A stretch of DNA of 63,321 nt, counting the filler, from Nemertoderma westbladi (taxonomy: Eukaryota; Animalia; Xenacoelomorpha): assembly GCA_032718475.1 (NCBI GenBank). It is 3 parts of 3 records of this genome, joined end to end, with 100 filler letters (N's around TTAATTAATTAA, not from the genome) between each part and the next. Parts side by side here need not be neighbours in the genome. Positions count along the whole stretch, not along the records: positions 1 to 29,912 come from JAUCBJ010007836.1; 2 more parts are not named here. One strand, 5' to 3'. A program made the translations under genes and the position numbers. The notes under the pieces were generated by a model. It was given only the letters and a program-made list of their open reading frames with translations, had not been told where the DNA came from and did not search any database. This document shows, piece after piece, positions 1 to 12,942 of the stretch (positions within the stretch are counted from its first letter, which is position 1; each line of letters begins with the position of its first letter).

Positions 1-2060
1 AGTATTTACCGATATTCTTAAAAAGACAATTGTCATAGAATTAAGGATCTTGTGTCCCCAGACATGTTCTGGAATCCAAATATGTCCATTTAATTATCAA
101 ATAATAAAATTTCAGGGAATAAATTTAAATTCATGTCTTTTAATGAATTTAATAAATTGCCATTTTACGCAATTTATAACATTCCCAAAATTCCATTAAT
201 TAATAGATCAAGGGAGCGGAGATTTATATTATTATGCGTATGCGTGTACGAAAGTCTCCCAAACATAGTCAATAGCCGATAAAATTCATAAAGTCATGTA
301 TAAAAACAGGACATTGACTATTAAAGAATACTATTAAATAACATCCCAGATCTGTATGCATTGGAACTACCCTAATTCTACCGCTAGCTTTGCATAATGT
401 CACCATAGCAACAACCACACTAGAATTAGAATTGAGTTAAAAGAACAATAGAAAGCTTGTCCCATTGAATAGCATAGGGAATAAATAGTGCACTGATAGT
501 ATCCAAGGATACATAATAATACAGTGACATTCTGGAAGGCATTGACTAACGGACAAGTGACCCGAGTGTGTGTAATTTGTGACAAGTTGTGTGTGTGGTA
601 TTTGTGAGTTTATAGGTGAATGTTACTGCTAAGGTGTGTTTACAGTAGCTAGTCGCAATCGTAAAAGTAACCTAACTCTCCAAGGAAACCTGAAGTACAT
701 CTAAGCCTTTGGGACGGACAGTTGAGTGACTTGTGCCGGTTGTCGTTGTCGTTGTGCGGCTACGTCGTTGGCGAAAGTACAGCGGCTACGACACATCAGC
801 GCTGAGGATCTCGTACTGTCCGGGGTTGATTGGGGTAGGCAGCGACGCCCGCTCGCCTAAATATAAACTCATTATAATATGGATAAACTCATATATAGCA
901 GATATGACGGAGTTGATAGAAGATGGTCTTGTCATCCTATCGATTTACACAATACGGACTATGTCGACTATATATCCTGCCCAGCGGAGTCGGAACCATA
1001 AACAGAAATTCGAATGCGAAAATTCTATTCGAAATCGACTCGAAAGAAAAGACACTTAAGAAACAAATGGATGCGGTAACTCCAACGTATATTTGGAATT
1101 CTTGATAGAAGCATTGTAACAACAAATAAATATCACCCGCGTTTACCCTACCAGACGTGCGTCTTTGGTATTATTACGATAAATGCCCTAGACCCAACTA
1201 ATAAACGGAAAGACATAAACATCCACGTAAACCGAAACTTGTTGACGTATCACCTATGCTCACTCGGCTCGAACGATCCTGGAGTAAACCTACGATCAGA
1301 GTCCCGGAATACATCGGTCAAACCTCCTCATTCCTTGGTTGGGCCTCAGACCTGCGATCTTGGTGGTGTCGCGGATCCTCGCGGACTGTATTCACTGTTC
1401 AAAGATCTAGTGCTACCCTAACAATTAATCGGTAACACTCCGACAGTGATTTCTAGCTAGCCGCCCATCTTACCTAGCCGGATTGTGACGCGGACACCTA
1501 ATATCACTATCCAACCGTATGGTCGTCCACGCTTAACGCGATACAACCCCTCATCAAGGTGAAGGAGAGCGTTGTACGAAATGAGTTAAGCGCTATTTTA
1601 TAAAGATCGGGGAGGAAACCTGCGTTTGTTCAGATAAACGTAAGTTATCACAGTGAGTCCAATCGATACACGAATTGGCCTTATCTCAATTCGATTGGGA
1701 AATCCAGAATCTCCAAGAAGTTATCGAACTTGGACGATCCTATTTTCTGCGAGAGTTTTTGGATGAACGTATCCAGCTACGAGCGGAGGAAAATCAGCTC
1801 GAGGAGAAGCATATCGAAACGGCAGATACCTCGACCACAATCCTACACCTTCTGATGCAATCATATTGCACCCTTCATCCAGGAGTTATGGCCCTCCTAG
1901 TAAAGTGGCTCCCCCCAAAGAGAAAAAGACTCTTGCTAGCCTCAAAAAACTGCGTAAACGCCGTCTGCGTAAGAAAGACTAACTGTTTAGAGTATCTTTA
2001 TGTTTTAGAAACTGTGATTTTTATATTTTATAGACTGAAAATCCCATTTTCTGGGAGCGG

Positions 2061-2763
2061 TGTAAAAGCCTTTGCTGAATTGCCCCGTTATTTTTATTAT
2101 CTTTTACATTAAAATACTCTGTAGTTGATTTAATAAGTGTAAGAGACCGTATTATTGCTGTATCAGTGTTTTTAGAGGATCTAAGACCTATTTCCTCCGT
2201 ATGTGTACTGTGAAAGGCATATTTTATGATTCTATGGCAATTCGTGACGCAAAAGGGTGATAGCTACTCTTGAACAGTAGTTACTATGACTACGGTTAAC
2301 AGCTGACATTCATACGTGTTGATTTCCTTTGTTCTACGGCGTCTCTCAGTTCAGTCAGCCAATGAGAGCGTTTTTGTGGCTCCTTGTACAGAAAATTTCC
2401 GAGAAATGACGCAATGCCTATGTGCAGTGTTTACATTCAGTCTTGAGCCAAAGAAAGAACGGCTTGGAAGTATTTTGTGCTGTACTGCTTTTTAGTCGTA
2501 CACTAGTAGGTTTAATTATAAAGGGCATATATCCTTTAACTGCAATTTAACATACCTAACGACTACTGCTGACTGATGATCATACATGCTGACTGCTGAA
2601 ACATTGCAAACTCATAACAATCAGTGTTCAGTAGTTATTTTATACTGCTATTTACCGTCAGTTCTTCATAATATGGTTGATGAATTATTATATTTGGAAT
2701 AACGATAAACAACCCCGAAACCCAATGTTCTTGATATACCGAAGGTAAGAGAGAAGGGTTACA
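2061..2763 (+). mobile_element. Putative 3' LTR of an upstream LTR retrotransposon (1-2060 would be its 3' internal region)
   Basis: Purine-rich GGGAGCGG directly before TGTAA (2061). Ends TTACA (2763), giving 5-bp inverted termini. Internal CCAAT and TCAGT-type motifs. No partner LTR in the window. Confidence 0.45.
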
Positions 2764-3372
2764 GATAAACGATTGTGACTTATGTTAAAGTGGTTTGAAG
2801 TGAATCTAATGTTATTTGATAGACCCTACATGAGTCAGCCTGTGTTCCTTTTATATGTGACTAAAATCAGTGAAGATTGGCAGATTAGTGTGCAGTATTG
2901 TGCAGCATTGTGTATGAGTGAGTCTGTTAAAGAAGCAATTCCTAAAGAATGCGCCATATATGTGAATTATAATTAAGCCATATCGTTGTGAGTAGTTTAA
3001 GTCATAACTCTGTTTATATAGGTAAAGCGCCACGTCCTAAAGGAACTGTTAATATTCCCGAAGGTAAATAATATTGTCAGAGATTATATAATACTGTCAG
3101 TCGAATAATACATTAGGCTTACATAGCAATAAAATTAAACCGTCGAACCCAATCTCCCGGGAATATCCAGCGGGTGAATGGTCGCGCACGGATTGGTTTC
3201 GACTAGTGTAGTGAATCAAATAGGCCTACTTGTCATAGACTAAAAACAGATTTAATATCTAGAAGACATCTTAATTTGGTGGGTTAAACTGCCAAAGGTC
3301 TGAAAGCGCGAACATAATTGATTTAGAGGATTTAATTGATTTAACAGATAATACTGGTATTGGTGCTATTAA

Positions 3373-5968
3373 TATGAACGTGGTGGACGTGCATAGCCCG
3401 TCAAAAGAGGGCATGGTAGGCCATGCAGTCAGTAGGCAGGAGATGGGGGGATGAGAGGCCCCAGTGAGGGCCTGGTAGGCCACGTAGTTAGTAGGCAGGA
3501 AGTGGCGGGGTTGAGTCAACCCAGTGAGGGCCTGGTAGGCCACATAGTTAGTAGGCAGGAAGTGGAGGGCCTGGTAGGCCACACAGTAGCAGAGGGAGAG
3601 GCGGGGGTGAATAGACCCAGCCGCAGTGGGGTTAGTGTGTCGACTAGAGAGGGGTGTAGAAGCGAAGTGAGAGATAGTGAAGTAATAGGTGGCGAGTGGG
3701 GGGGGGGGGGGCTACAGGAGCCCCACAACGAGAGATTAGCGGCGAGCAGGTTGGGGGGGGGGGGGCAAAAGAGTGTCCCACAGGCGTCGGCGGATAATGC
3801 GCGGGGCGAATTAGGTGAACCGCAGCACCCGGCGATGGAGAATAGTAGGGGGAGTGCGAGTATCCCCAGTGGCGTGCGATCGAGCAGAGAGAGACAGGTT
3901 GATGTCGCGAGAGGGCGAGCAATGAGACGTCGAGCCCGATCAGAAGAGGGAAGAAGAACAGTGGAGTTTAACCGGGAGGTCGACGAGAGATCTCACGAAC
4001 GGGAACACTGCACTACAGAGAGAAGAAGGGAAGAGAGTAGAAGAAGTGTCGTTGTGAACGACAGGAGAGCGAGGACGGACAGCGAGCCGTCGGTAGTAGA
4101 GATGGAGACGGAGAGTCAGTGTGGTCGAGTTCCAGGAGATTGCCGTCGTCCCGGGGAGACGCGACCTGACGAGGCGTGTTACGCGCAGGGAGAGGGGTAC
4201 AGGATGTACCGGCATGAGGACGAGAGCAGTAGAGGGGATGGAAGAGAAACTCCCCGACGGGATATACCTACCGATCGAGAATACGGTAGCCGCGGGGAGG
4301 ATTATTCGAGAAGGTTGAACTTTGATCCCGAGCGACACATACAGACTGCAGGACATACTGTAGGCCTCACTGCACATACCATAGGCCATGCTGGGAGAGA
4401 TAATGTAGGCGATAGGATAGCATGAATGACGGGATTAAACCCGGAAGTCGCGGAGTACATACCGGCAGGTAGGCCAGAAGTGGATAGGCCTATACCGGTA
4501 CCAGCACAGCAGTATGACTACAGCATGCAAGGACACAACATATATCCAGGGGAGGGGAGAGTTATTGCGGATAGGTGCATGTGCCCCAATATATTAACAT
4601 CAACCCCAGTATCAAACATACCGGTGGGGGGGGGGGGGGCAGGGTGACATTCCCCCATCACAATATCAACAATATACCCCAGTAGGAATAAGATCATCAA
4701 ACCCCTTGGACGAGAATAGATCGTGCGACACTGAAATATGGAGGGGGCCGCTACCCCCAATGATATATCCAAGTCAAAGGAAAGCGGCAGACAGGACGAA
4801 CGGACCGCATCCGACAGGAGAATCTATACAGCATCCATCGAACCCATTGAAAGCACAAGCCATGGGGATGGCCACGTTAATCGATGCATTAAAAACTAGG
4901 ATCGAGTTACCACCCGTGGAACCGTTAAAATTCGATGGAAGTAGGCCGGAAGAATACCTACAGTTTCGGCGCATGTATAGCAATGAGATACTAACGAAGA
5001 ACTTGACACAAGCGGAGTGCCTAAAGTATCTGCAAGTATATACAGGAGGCCAAGCATACGTCATCGTGAGGCAATACCAGGGTATCGAGGGTGGCTTCAC
5101 AACAGCATGGTGGGCACTAGACAGGGAGTACGGGCACCCGGCCAAGATCATCCGGCAGACCCTGAGAGGTATAACCTCGGGTGGCCTACAGGATAACCCC
5201 GTTAGCATAAAGACGTTCGCTAACAAAGTCGAGAAAGCACTAATCGTGCTAAAGACACTGGACGCACCATACAAACTTAATGCATCCAACAACATCACCA
5301 CGATAGCGCAGGCACTGCCGATATGGTTGCGCAATAAGTGGAGAAAGATCGCTTTCTCCACAAGAGACAGGAAGGGTGCGGAACCGGGTTTAGAAGAGAT
5401 GTCGAGCTTCTTGAACTATGAAGCCGAATTAATAACAGACCCAGTCTATAGCGAGGATAGCCTGGGAAAGGCACCAAAGATCGATTACCACAGGCCGAAA
5501 CCAGAACACAACGCATCGAACGCATTACCAAAGCTCAGACAGTCACTGCCGTACGCAGCAACGCAGGGGACTGCCAGTCCACAAGTAGCCGGGGGTAAGA
5601 CCACATCATGGAGCGGACAGGGGAAAAATAACAACACAAATAAACATAACCCCAGCACGCCCAGTAGGCCGAACCCAAACAATAAGAATAGTAGGGACTT
5701 TGGTACGAACATAAGTGCGATATGCAATGCACTTTATAAGGATGGCTACAACCCAAAGAGCAAATGCCAATTACATACAAATGCACTTCATCAGACCATG
5801 AACTGCAGATACTGGCAAGCACTACCCAGGGAAGATCAGGTAGAATACGCGAGAAAAAATGAAATCTGCTCACTATGTGTGATGAGTGGACATAGAGCTA
5901 ACCAATGCAAGGAAACGCCAATCAAGTTGGTCAAAGTAAAGGTCAGACGATGCAAACAAGCACCGTAG
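3373..5968 (+). pseudogene. gag: BEL/Pao gag (broken by a stop at 4423 and frameshifts in G runs)
   Basis: LPPVEPLKFDG..EYLQF..LKYLQVYTGGQA..AWWALDREYG is the BEL gag core. Zn knuckles CQLH..H..C and CSLCVMSGHRANQC. The N-terminus has ~60-bp repeats (EGLVGHxVSRQE). Confidence 0.85.
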
Positions 5969-6309
5969 TGGTGAAGAAAAGAGGAACGGTACTATTAGGG
6001 GTAGTACCAGTAAGGATAATCGGGGAAGGCAAGTCATCAGTAACCACACTGATGCTGGTCGACAGTGGAGCAGCCTTCACCTTGGTCGAGGATTGGGTGG
6101 CCAAAGAGATAGGATTGAGAACGAGGCCAAGTAGAATGGCGGTAACAACCATCTCCAGCAAAGATGAGGTCCTGGAGATGAGGACCGGACGGTGCGCGAT
6201 AGCAGCGATAGCACTGGGATGCGACTATGGGGCGACCATCGACCCCATCCAGGTGATAGAGTCGATAAATATCAATGCCAGGCGGCCCACCAACATCGAG
6301 GTCGAATAG
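5905..6309 (+). pseudogene. BEL/Pao aspartic protease
   Basis: VLLGVVPVRI...LVDSGA active-site motif directly after the gag knuckles. Confidence 0.85.
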
Positions 6310-6348
6310 TACAAATTCCTGGACAGTATCGACTTCTCAATCCCAGAG

Positions 6349-7420
6349 GTGGACGTTAGGAAAGTATCCATTATAGTAGGAATGGACTGTCCGACGGCCC
6401 ACGAGAGAATGCAAACGGTCTTCGGCGAAGACAGGCAGTGTGACCCGGTGGCGATTTTAATCGAAAGCAAGACGGTGGCGAAAGAAGACAAACAGGCTCT
6501 AGAGAGCGTAAAGGAGTCGATGAGATGCGACGAGGGGCGGTATACCATAGGGATAGTATGGAAGCTACCGAAGCTACCGCTACCCGACAATAAGAATGAG
6601 TACATTCATAAGACGATCAAGAAGTATGTTGAGAAAGGATGGGCCGTAGAACTACCGGTCGACGAACCAAACATGGACAGGACCTATTACCTGCCACTCC
6701 ATGTGGCTCTAGACCCGAAGAAAGGTAAACTGCGGATGGTAGTTGACGCATCGGCTAAAACCAACAGCAAATGCCTAAACGATTATCTGCTGGAGGGTCC
6801 CAATATCTACAACTCAGGGATTGAGGTCCTACTCAGATTCAGGAGTAGGAAACACGCTTTTACCTGCGACATCGAAGGCATGTTCAACCAAGTCCGTGTA
6901 ACGGAAGAGGATAGCGACAGTCAGAGCTTCCTATGGTACGACGGCGACGAGGAACCGTCGACCATACCGATGTATAAGATGGTAGTACAGAATATGGGAG
7001 CCAAGTCGTCTTCGTTTACGATGACTGTGGCCGTAAGAGACACAGTGGAGGGGAAGGAAGATAAATATAGCGCCGAAGCCGTCGACATGATTCGACGCGG
7101 CTTCTATGTAGACGATGGGATGGAGACACGGTGGAAACACGGTTAAGAAACTACTGGATATGGGGCACGAGGTTCGCGACATCCTAAAAGGATCCGGGTT
7201 TAACCTAACCAAGTTCCAATCCAGCTCGCAAGAGTTCATGAAAGCTATAGAGGACAGGAGGCCAGAGTCGACCATGGATAATCCCACGACAGCTAAGGGA
7301 CAGGACATGGCGAACAAAAGAGTAGAGTCCCAACAGAAGGCACTAGGGATCGTGTGGAACCGAGAGACAGATGAGTTGAAATACCAGTTGAGCCAGGAGG
7401 GCGCAGACATCCACACAAAA
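6349..7420 (+). pseudogene. pol: BEL/Pao reverse transcriptase, frameshifted near 7130
   Basis: YYLPLH..KLRMVVDAS..CLNDYLLEGP..LLRFR..DIEGMFNQV..FYVDD..GFNLTKF..KALGIVWN..TKR. Confidence 0.92.
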
Positions 7421-7903
7421 AGGGGCTATGTGTCAAAGTGTGAGGGTATCATTAATAGCAGACCGCTATATCCAGAAAATGATGACCCTGAGTCATTAGA
7501 TGTGCTGACGCCCAGTCATTTTCTAATGGAAAGGCCAGCAACCATCGACATGCGGGGTGTAGACCCAGACAACATACACTCCCACCAGAGTTGGAAAGTC
7601 GCTAAGGCGATAAGCGCAGAGTATTGGAGGAGGTGGGTCGAGGAGTATCTACCCACGCTTCATAGGAGAAGCAAGTAGAGAAATACAAACAGGGAGTTAA
7701 AGGAGGGTGATCTGGTGATCGTCCCGGACGATACCATCATCAACAACCAGTGGCGGTTGGCGAGAGTTGTGGGCACTTACTCCGATGAGGACGGAAGAGT
7801 CCAATCGGTAGAAGTGTGGATAGGTGGCAAGATAGGAGCGAAAGATAGGAAGACCTACAGGAGAGCTGTAGGGAAGTGTTGCCTCTTAGAGGGAGCACCT
7901 TAG
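7421..7903 (+). pseudogene. BEL/Pao integrase C-terminal remnant
   Basis: EGIINSRPL..LTPSHFL..YWRRWVEEYL..RSK*(W)..GDLV..WRLARVV..DGRVQSVEV. RNase H and the integrase N-terminus/core are missing. Confidence 0.88.
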
Positions 7904-8039
7904 TCGAGTAGAGTTTAGTCGTCCAAGCATTGGACTGAGGGGGGTGGGATTGAGGGTGAGACGCCCTTCCCACACATAAAAATAAAAAAAAATAAAAAAT
8001 AGTACATAATAGGTACGCAGTAAGTAGGCAGATAGAAGT

Positions 8040-8665
8040 TAGTTAGTGGAGTTAGTTAAGTAGTAAGAGGGTACATAGTACCGTTAGTTAGATAGTGGAG
8101 TCAGTCAAGTAGTAAGAGGGTACGTAGCACCGTTAGTTAGTTAGTGGAGTTAGAGGTTAGTAAGAGGGTACGTAGTACCGTTAGTTAGTTAGTGGAGTTA
8201 GAGGTTAGTAAGAGGGTACATAGTACCGTTAGTTAGTTAGTGGGAGTTAGAGATCAGTAAGAGGGTACGTAGTACCATTAGTTAGTTAGTGGGAGTTAGA
8301 GGTCAGTAAGAGGGTACGTAGTACCGATTAGTAAGAGTTAGTTAGAGGTCAGTAAGAGGGTACGTAGTACTGATTAGTAAGAGTTAGTTAGAAGTTAGTA
8401 AGAGGGTACGTAGTACCGATTAGTAAAAGTTAGTTAGAAGTTAGTAAGAGGGTACGTAGTACCGATTAGTAAGAGTTAGTTAGAGGTCAGTAAGAGGGTA
8501 CATAGTACCGATTAGTAAGAGTTAGTTAGAAGTTAGTAAGAGGGTACGTAGGACCGATTAGTAAGAGTTAGTTAGAGGTCAGTAAGAGGGTACGTAGTAC
8601 CAATTAGTAAGAGTTAGTTAGAGGTCAGTAAGAGGGTACGTAGTACCGATTAGTAAGAGTTAGTG
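8040..8665 (+). repeat. ~46-49-bp tandem repeat (13 copies) inside the BEL element
   Basis: Unit agtaagagggtacgtagtaccgattagtaagagttagttagaggtc, with an internal GGTAC-RTA-GTACC hairpin. Confidence 0.95.
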
Positions 8666-9138
8666 GTAGAAGGGTATGTATAATATAAATATTAATTAGT
8701 AGCGAGTAGCGAGAGGGGGGCACGTGAGTACAGCTGGATAGATCGTGTAGGCCACGCGACGCATACTGCTGTACTGCACTAGCCCGCAGAGTAGGCCAGA
8801 ATGTGGATTATAAAGTAGAATAATCCATTGGCAGAAGTAGTAGCACAGTAGTAGGATTAGATTAAATATTACAAATAGAATAGGGCTAGAAAATTAACAA
8901 ATTATGGTAACAGTAGAGAAAATATTCTGGAACATAATTAAAGTAACGGACAAAATTGCAATTTAGGGTACAATTTGACAGTTTAGAAATTATGTAGTGT
9001 AAATTAGGCTATAACTCAGAAATTCTGCGAGTGATAGGCCATTTTCGAACTGATTAAAACATCCTAACTTTATCACTCATCCGTAAAGTGCCTTGGCAAG
9101 GCACCACCTAACGGGTGAGCGATTGGGGAGAGTTTGAG

Positions 9139-11674
9139 ATGGCGGAGAGACTTGTCCGAAAGAGAAAGGCGGGGCTAGGAGGAAAGGAGATACTGGTGGA
9201 TTTCACCGAGAGGCATCTGGAAGAGAAGACCCGGGGATACTACGAACGGTTGGAGAGGGGTCACGAAGCGCGACCGCTGCAGGACCATTTCAGAGAGATG
9301 CACGAACAGCGACTGGTTGGGACCTACGGGACACCGTCGCTAGACAACGCCATCTTCGAGCATTTCCACTACGTAGTGAAAGGAGACGAAGCGAAGTTCG
9401 GGATTCCGAAGTACGCAAGAGAGCCACCGAGAAAGGATTGGAAGAGGTTCGTAGAGTCCATCAGCAGAGGAGGATATATGGTCCTAGATGATGAGGGGAC
9501 CGTGAAAGACGAGGAGGGTTCGAGGAGAGGATCGGCAGGGTCGGCCAGAACCATACTCCTACATTTGGCCGCGCCAAATGGGGATATATTCCTATTCGAT
9601 CTAGGGACGTATGGAAAGAAGGATGGGCCGAAGTTGAACCGGTTGCCGAAGGCGGTGCAAACCCTTGTGAGGGAGAAGTCGACGACGAAAGTGGGATCGG
9701 CGATTCGCGACGATGCGGAGAGAATCATCGGTCCGGACACCCCCAACCTCCTGGACATGCAGACGGTCTACATGGCTATGACAGCACCAGACGGGTTGGG
9801 ACTAGTGGAGAACTCAGGCCATTGCGGAGCGGTGCCAATGGGCCAGCTAATGGGGCTCGTGTGTCACAAACCAATGGACTGGAGTAAGTTCAGAGAGGAG
9901 TACGGAGCGGAGTTGGCGAACTCGCTGAAGTGGGGAGCGAGGCTAGGGAAACAAGAGGTGTATCAATTCTGGAGAGGAGCGGTAAAGGTATATCAGAAGC
10001 AATATATCCTGCAGGAGGACTGGATAATGATAGGTTTGCTTAACCTATTCATGACCGTCATCATTGAGAAAGAACCGATGGCATTCCTGCTATCGGGATC
10101 ACCCCTGAGCTACAGAAGAGCCTTCAAGACGGCTTTCGAGGGTCTTGTAGACCACCCAGGGCTGAAGGGCGAGTCGGTGTACTATAACCACCGACATCTG
10201 GTAGACAGGGAGGTAGATACGCCGTATCAGAGATGGGAGCAGCTAGAGGCGGATAGACGAGAAGCGAAGCGATTGGAAGAAATCGCTAGACAGGAGAGGA
10301 GAGAAGCAGAAGAAAGGGAGGAGGAAGCTAGGGCGCAGAGTTACAGCTTCGAGGAACAGGCGGCCTTAGACGAACTTCGTTGGACATAGTCAGGGAGTTC
10401 GGGGGAGTCTCTAGGGCGAGAATTAGGGTGGACGGTGGGATCACCGAAACAGTCGACATCGGGATTGCAGACAACGCCCATACCAGCGGGCACCGAGGGC
10501 GATCACCCTCTAAGGAGGCTAGGGGAGCTGGAAGGATGGAAAGTCACGAGCGAGAGCCAAGGTGGGAAGGGACACAGTGGGTCCACCGGGATACCGGGGT
10601 TGGAACCACTCCCGGAGGAGGACGAGGATGACGACGAGTTCGGAGAGATGCTGCCCATCGGGAGGATAGGCCACTCGGACACGGACTAGGTTGGCGGGAG
10701 GGTGGTGATGGCCAGTGGGGCGAGAGCCTTCTGGGACAAACCCGGCAAGCGGGCCTGGGTGCACGAGGAGCCGGCGATGGATTTCGTGGGGAGCACTATC
10801 AGGTTGGGCGAGCAACCGGGGACAGCACCACGGGTAGTATTCGGGGAGACGATGCCCGGAAGGGGCGAGGAGATCGACGTGGACAGGGACGCTAACGTCC
10901 AGAAGTTCGCTTACCAGTGACTCCACAGACCGCGGAGATCGCTTGGGACGAAAGACGACGTGGGGTGGGAGACAGACCCACCAGGAAAGAAGCTGTTTGT
11001 ACCGGTTCCAGAAAGGAACTAGTCGTCTCTACTGCCGCGAGTCGAGCCACAGGATGGGGGCGTGTCCATGGTTGCACAACCGGTGTTTGAAGTGCAACTT
11101 CCGGGGGCACTACGGACGCCAGTGCGACTGGATGGACGATGAAGAGAAGTTTAGGATCTTCGAGGAGTGGGCCGATGTCGGGGCCATGACTCGGCAACGT
11201 ATGAAGGCCCAGGAGTTCCGGTTGGGCTTCTTTAATATCAATCAGGAGGCCCACTTGGAGATCATCAAATGGAGACTTCCGTTTACCTACCAGGAAGTAG
11301 CGACGGCGGCGTCGTATGCCGGGGTGATAAATACGCAGAGGTATTTGGACAGGTGGACGCCACAGAACAGAGGGGAGTTCAGAGATTTCTTGACGGAGCA
11401 TGTGCCGCGGGCGATGAAAGTGATCCTATGGGACGCCACCAGGGGGAGACAACAGGGCCACTCGGAGGGGCCACCCGCGAAGCGATACCAGGAGCTAATA
11501 ACACCAGCGCCCAAGGAGTCGATAACCGGGATTAGTAGAGAGGTGGCGGCGAGGGTCAGGAGCCTGAAGGGAGATAAGACCAAAGGAGCGGCAGCGGCCA
11601 GGAAGCGACCAAGGGAGGAGGACGACAGAGGGAAAGAGTTGAGATGGTTCCCAAAGTCAGGAGGAACGAACTAG
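9139..11674 (+). pseudogene. Extra retroelement ORF: DEDDy-type 3'-5' exonuclease + coiled coil + CCHC zinc knuckles
   Basis: ExoI VLDDEG, LLHLA..IFLFD, LPKAVQTLV..KVGSAIRDD (ExoII), LLDMQ and QKQYILQED (ExoIII-like). ORFs 9115, 10435 and 10702 share a frame across two TAG stops. After a frameshift near 10920: (R)LYCRESSHRMGAC and CLKCNFRGHYGRQC. Confidence 0.75.
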
Positions 11675-12375
11675 ACTTCGATGCAACATGCCTGGAAGGC
11701 ACCACGTGAGACGTGCGAACTCCTAAGTACAAATTCAAATAATTTAAATAATTGAAAAGTGCAATTAGTATGTACGTACGTAAAAGATCATTAAGTAAAT
11801 ATAAACGAAGTAAGTACTATAGTCATGCGCCCTTTCTCAATTAGCTACTGGGTTCAATCTACTGGCTACAATCTACTAATTGACTATGACAGACAAGACA
11901 TTGGACGACATCACACTTCTTGAGTGCGACGGCACAGGAGGGGGGTGAGACTCGTTGGGAGTAAATAGGCTGAGATGAGGGTTGAGTAATAGTGCGGAGA
12001 GAGTGTGGGTGCAATTCAAGTGTGGGGGGGGGGGAGAGGCAAGAGGCAGAGTGAGGGACGAAGAGGTCTGAGAGTACGGGAGAGTTAGAGTGGAAGTGGA
12101 ACGGAGTTAGAGTGGTGTGAGTATTGGGGAAACAAAAGTCGTGTGAGAGAAGCGCACGATCGGCCCAACATGGGACGCCAGATGTCTTGATACAAGATAG
12201 GTAGAGTTGTACCAAGACGGGGTAGCAATATCATACCCATAGGGAGCGGCCTGGAAAGCCGGCTCTGAGAAAAATAGCCCCACCCCACACCCGATGGTAG
12301 ATCGGGATCCAGCGGAATTGTAGCGCACTATAGGTGGATGCTATCTTTTCACCGGGAAGATAGCATGGGGGGGAG

Positions 12376-12942
12376 TGTTAGCGAATTCAATTCCGCTAGT
12401 CACCCCATAACGTGAGCTTTAAGCAATATTGGAACTACAAGTTTGATTACCAATCAACCTTGTATCACCCCAATAAGCGGGGCGACAAACCCCAAAGGGA
12501 CACACACAGCGGGGATCAGAGGTTACACCTCCGGGAGGGAGAGAGTGACAGTAGCGGGGGGAAGCACTCCCAGAGAGATGGGAGGGCGAGAAGTGAGTTA
12601 TTAGCCAATGGGGGGAAGGCATCCACTGAGTAATGTAATACGGCCAACCAGTGCAATATATATTACCAGTTACTATGTCATTTCATTTACTTTAGTTAGT
12701 CAGTTCAGTTAGGGTAGTACGGTAACTCTTAACACAGTCTACTGCCGCCATCATTCACTTTACTTTAGTTAATCAATTACCATCTGACTGTGTCTACACT
12801 TTATCCATTTAACGTTTATATTATACATATATTGGAGAATTAACAACATCAGAACTCTCAAACGATCCTTTCACATACACACGGCGGGGACGCGTAGTTA
12901 AGATAACCGGATAAATCGGGATCCTTGGTGGATCCCGTCACA
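12376..12942 (+). mobile_element. 3' LTR of the BEL/Pao element
   Basis: PPT GGGGGGGAG (12367-12375) then TGTTAG. Ends ...GTCACA before an abrupt switch to AT-rich DNA. An alternative end is TAACA at 12845. Confidence 0.65.

Larger units (their letters stand above)
2764..12942 (+). mobile_element. BEL/Pao LTR retrotransposon, degenerate and internally deleted, with extra 3' ORF; 5' LTR not seen
   Basis: Collinear gag-protease-RT-integrase C-terminus with BEL/Pao motifs, then a tandem repeat, an extra ORF, a PPT and a TG..CA LTR. The 5' boundary is approximate. Confidence 0.85.

Noticed and set aside
2061-2763. 5' LTR of the BEL element
   Set aside because: No visible similarity to 12376-12942, and no tRNA primer-binding site follows it.
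3440-4645. Programmed frameshifts in gag
   Set aside because: The shifts fall in long G homopolymers, so sequencing error or decay is more likely.
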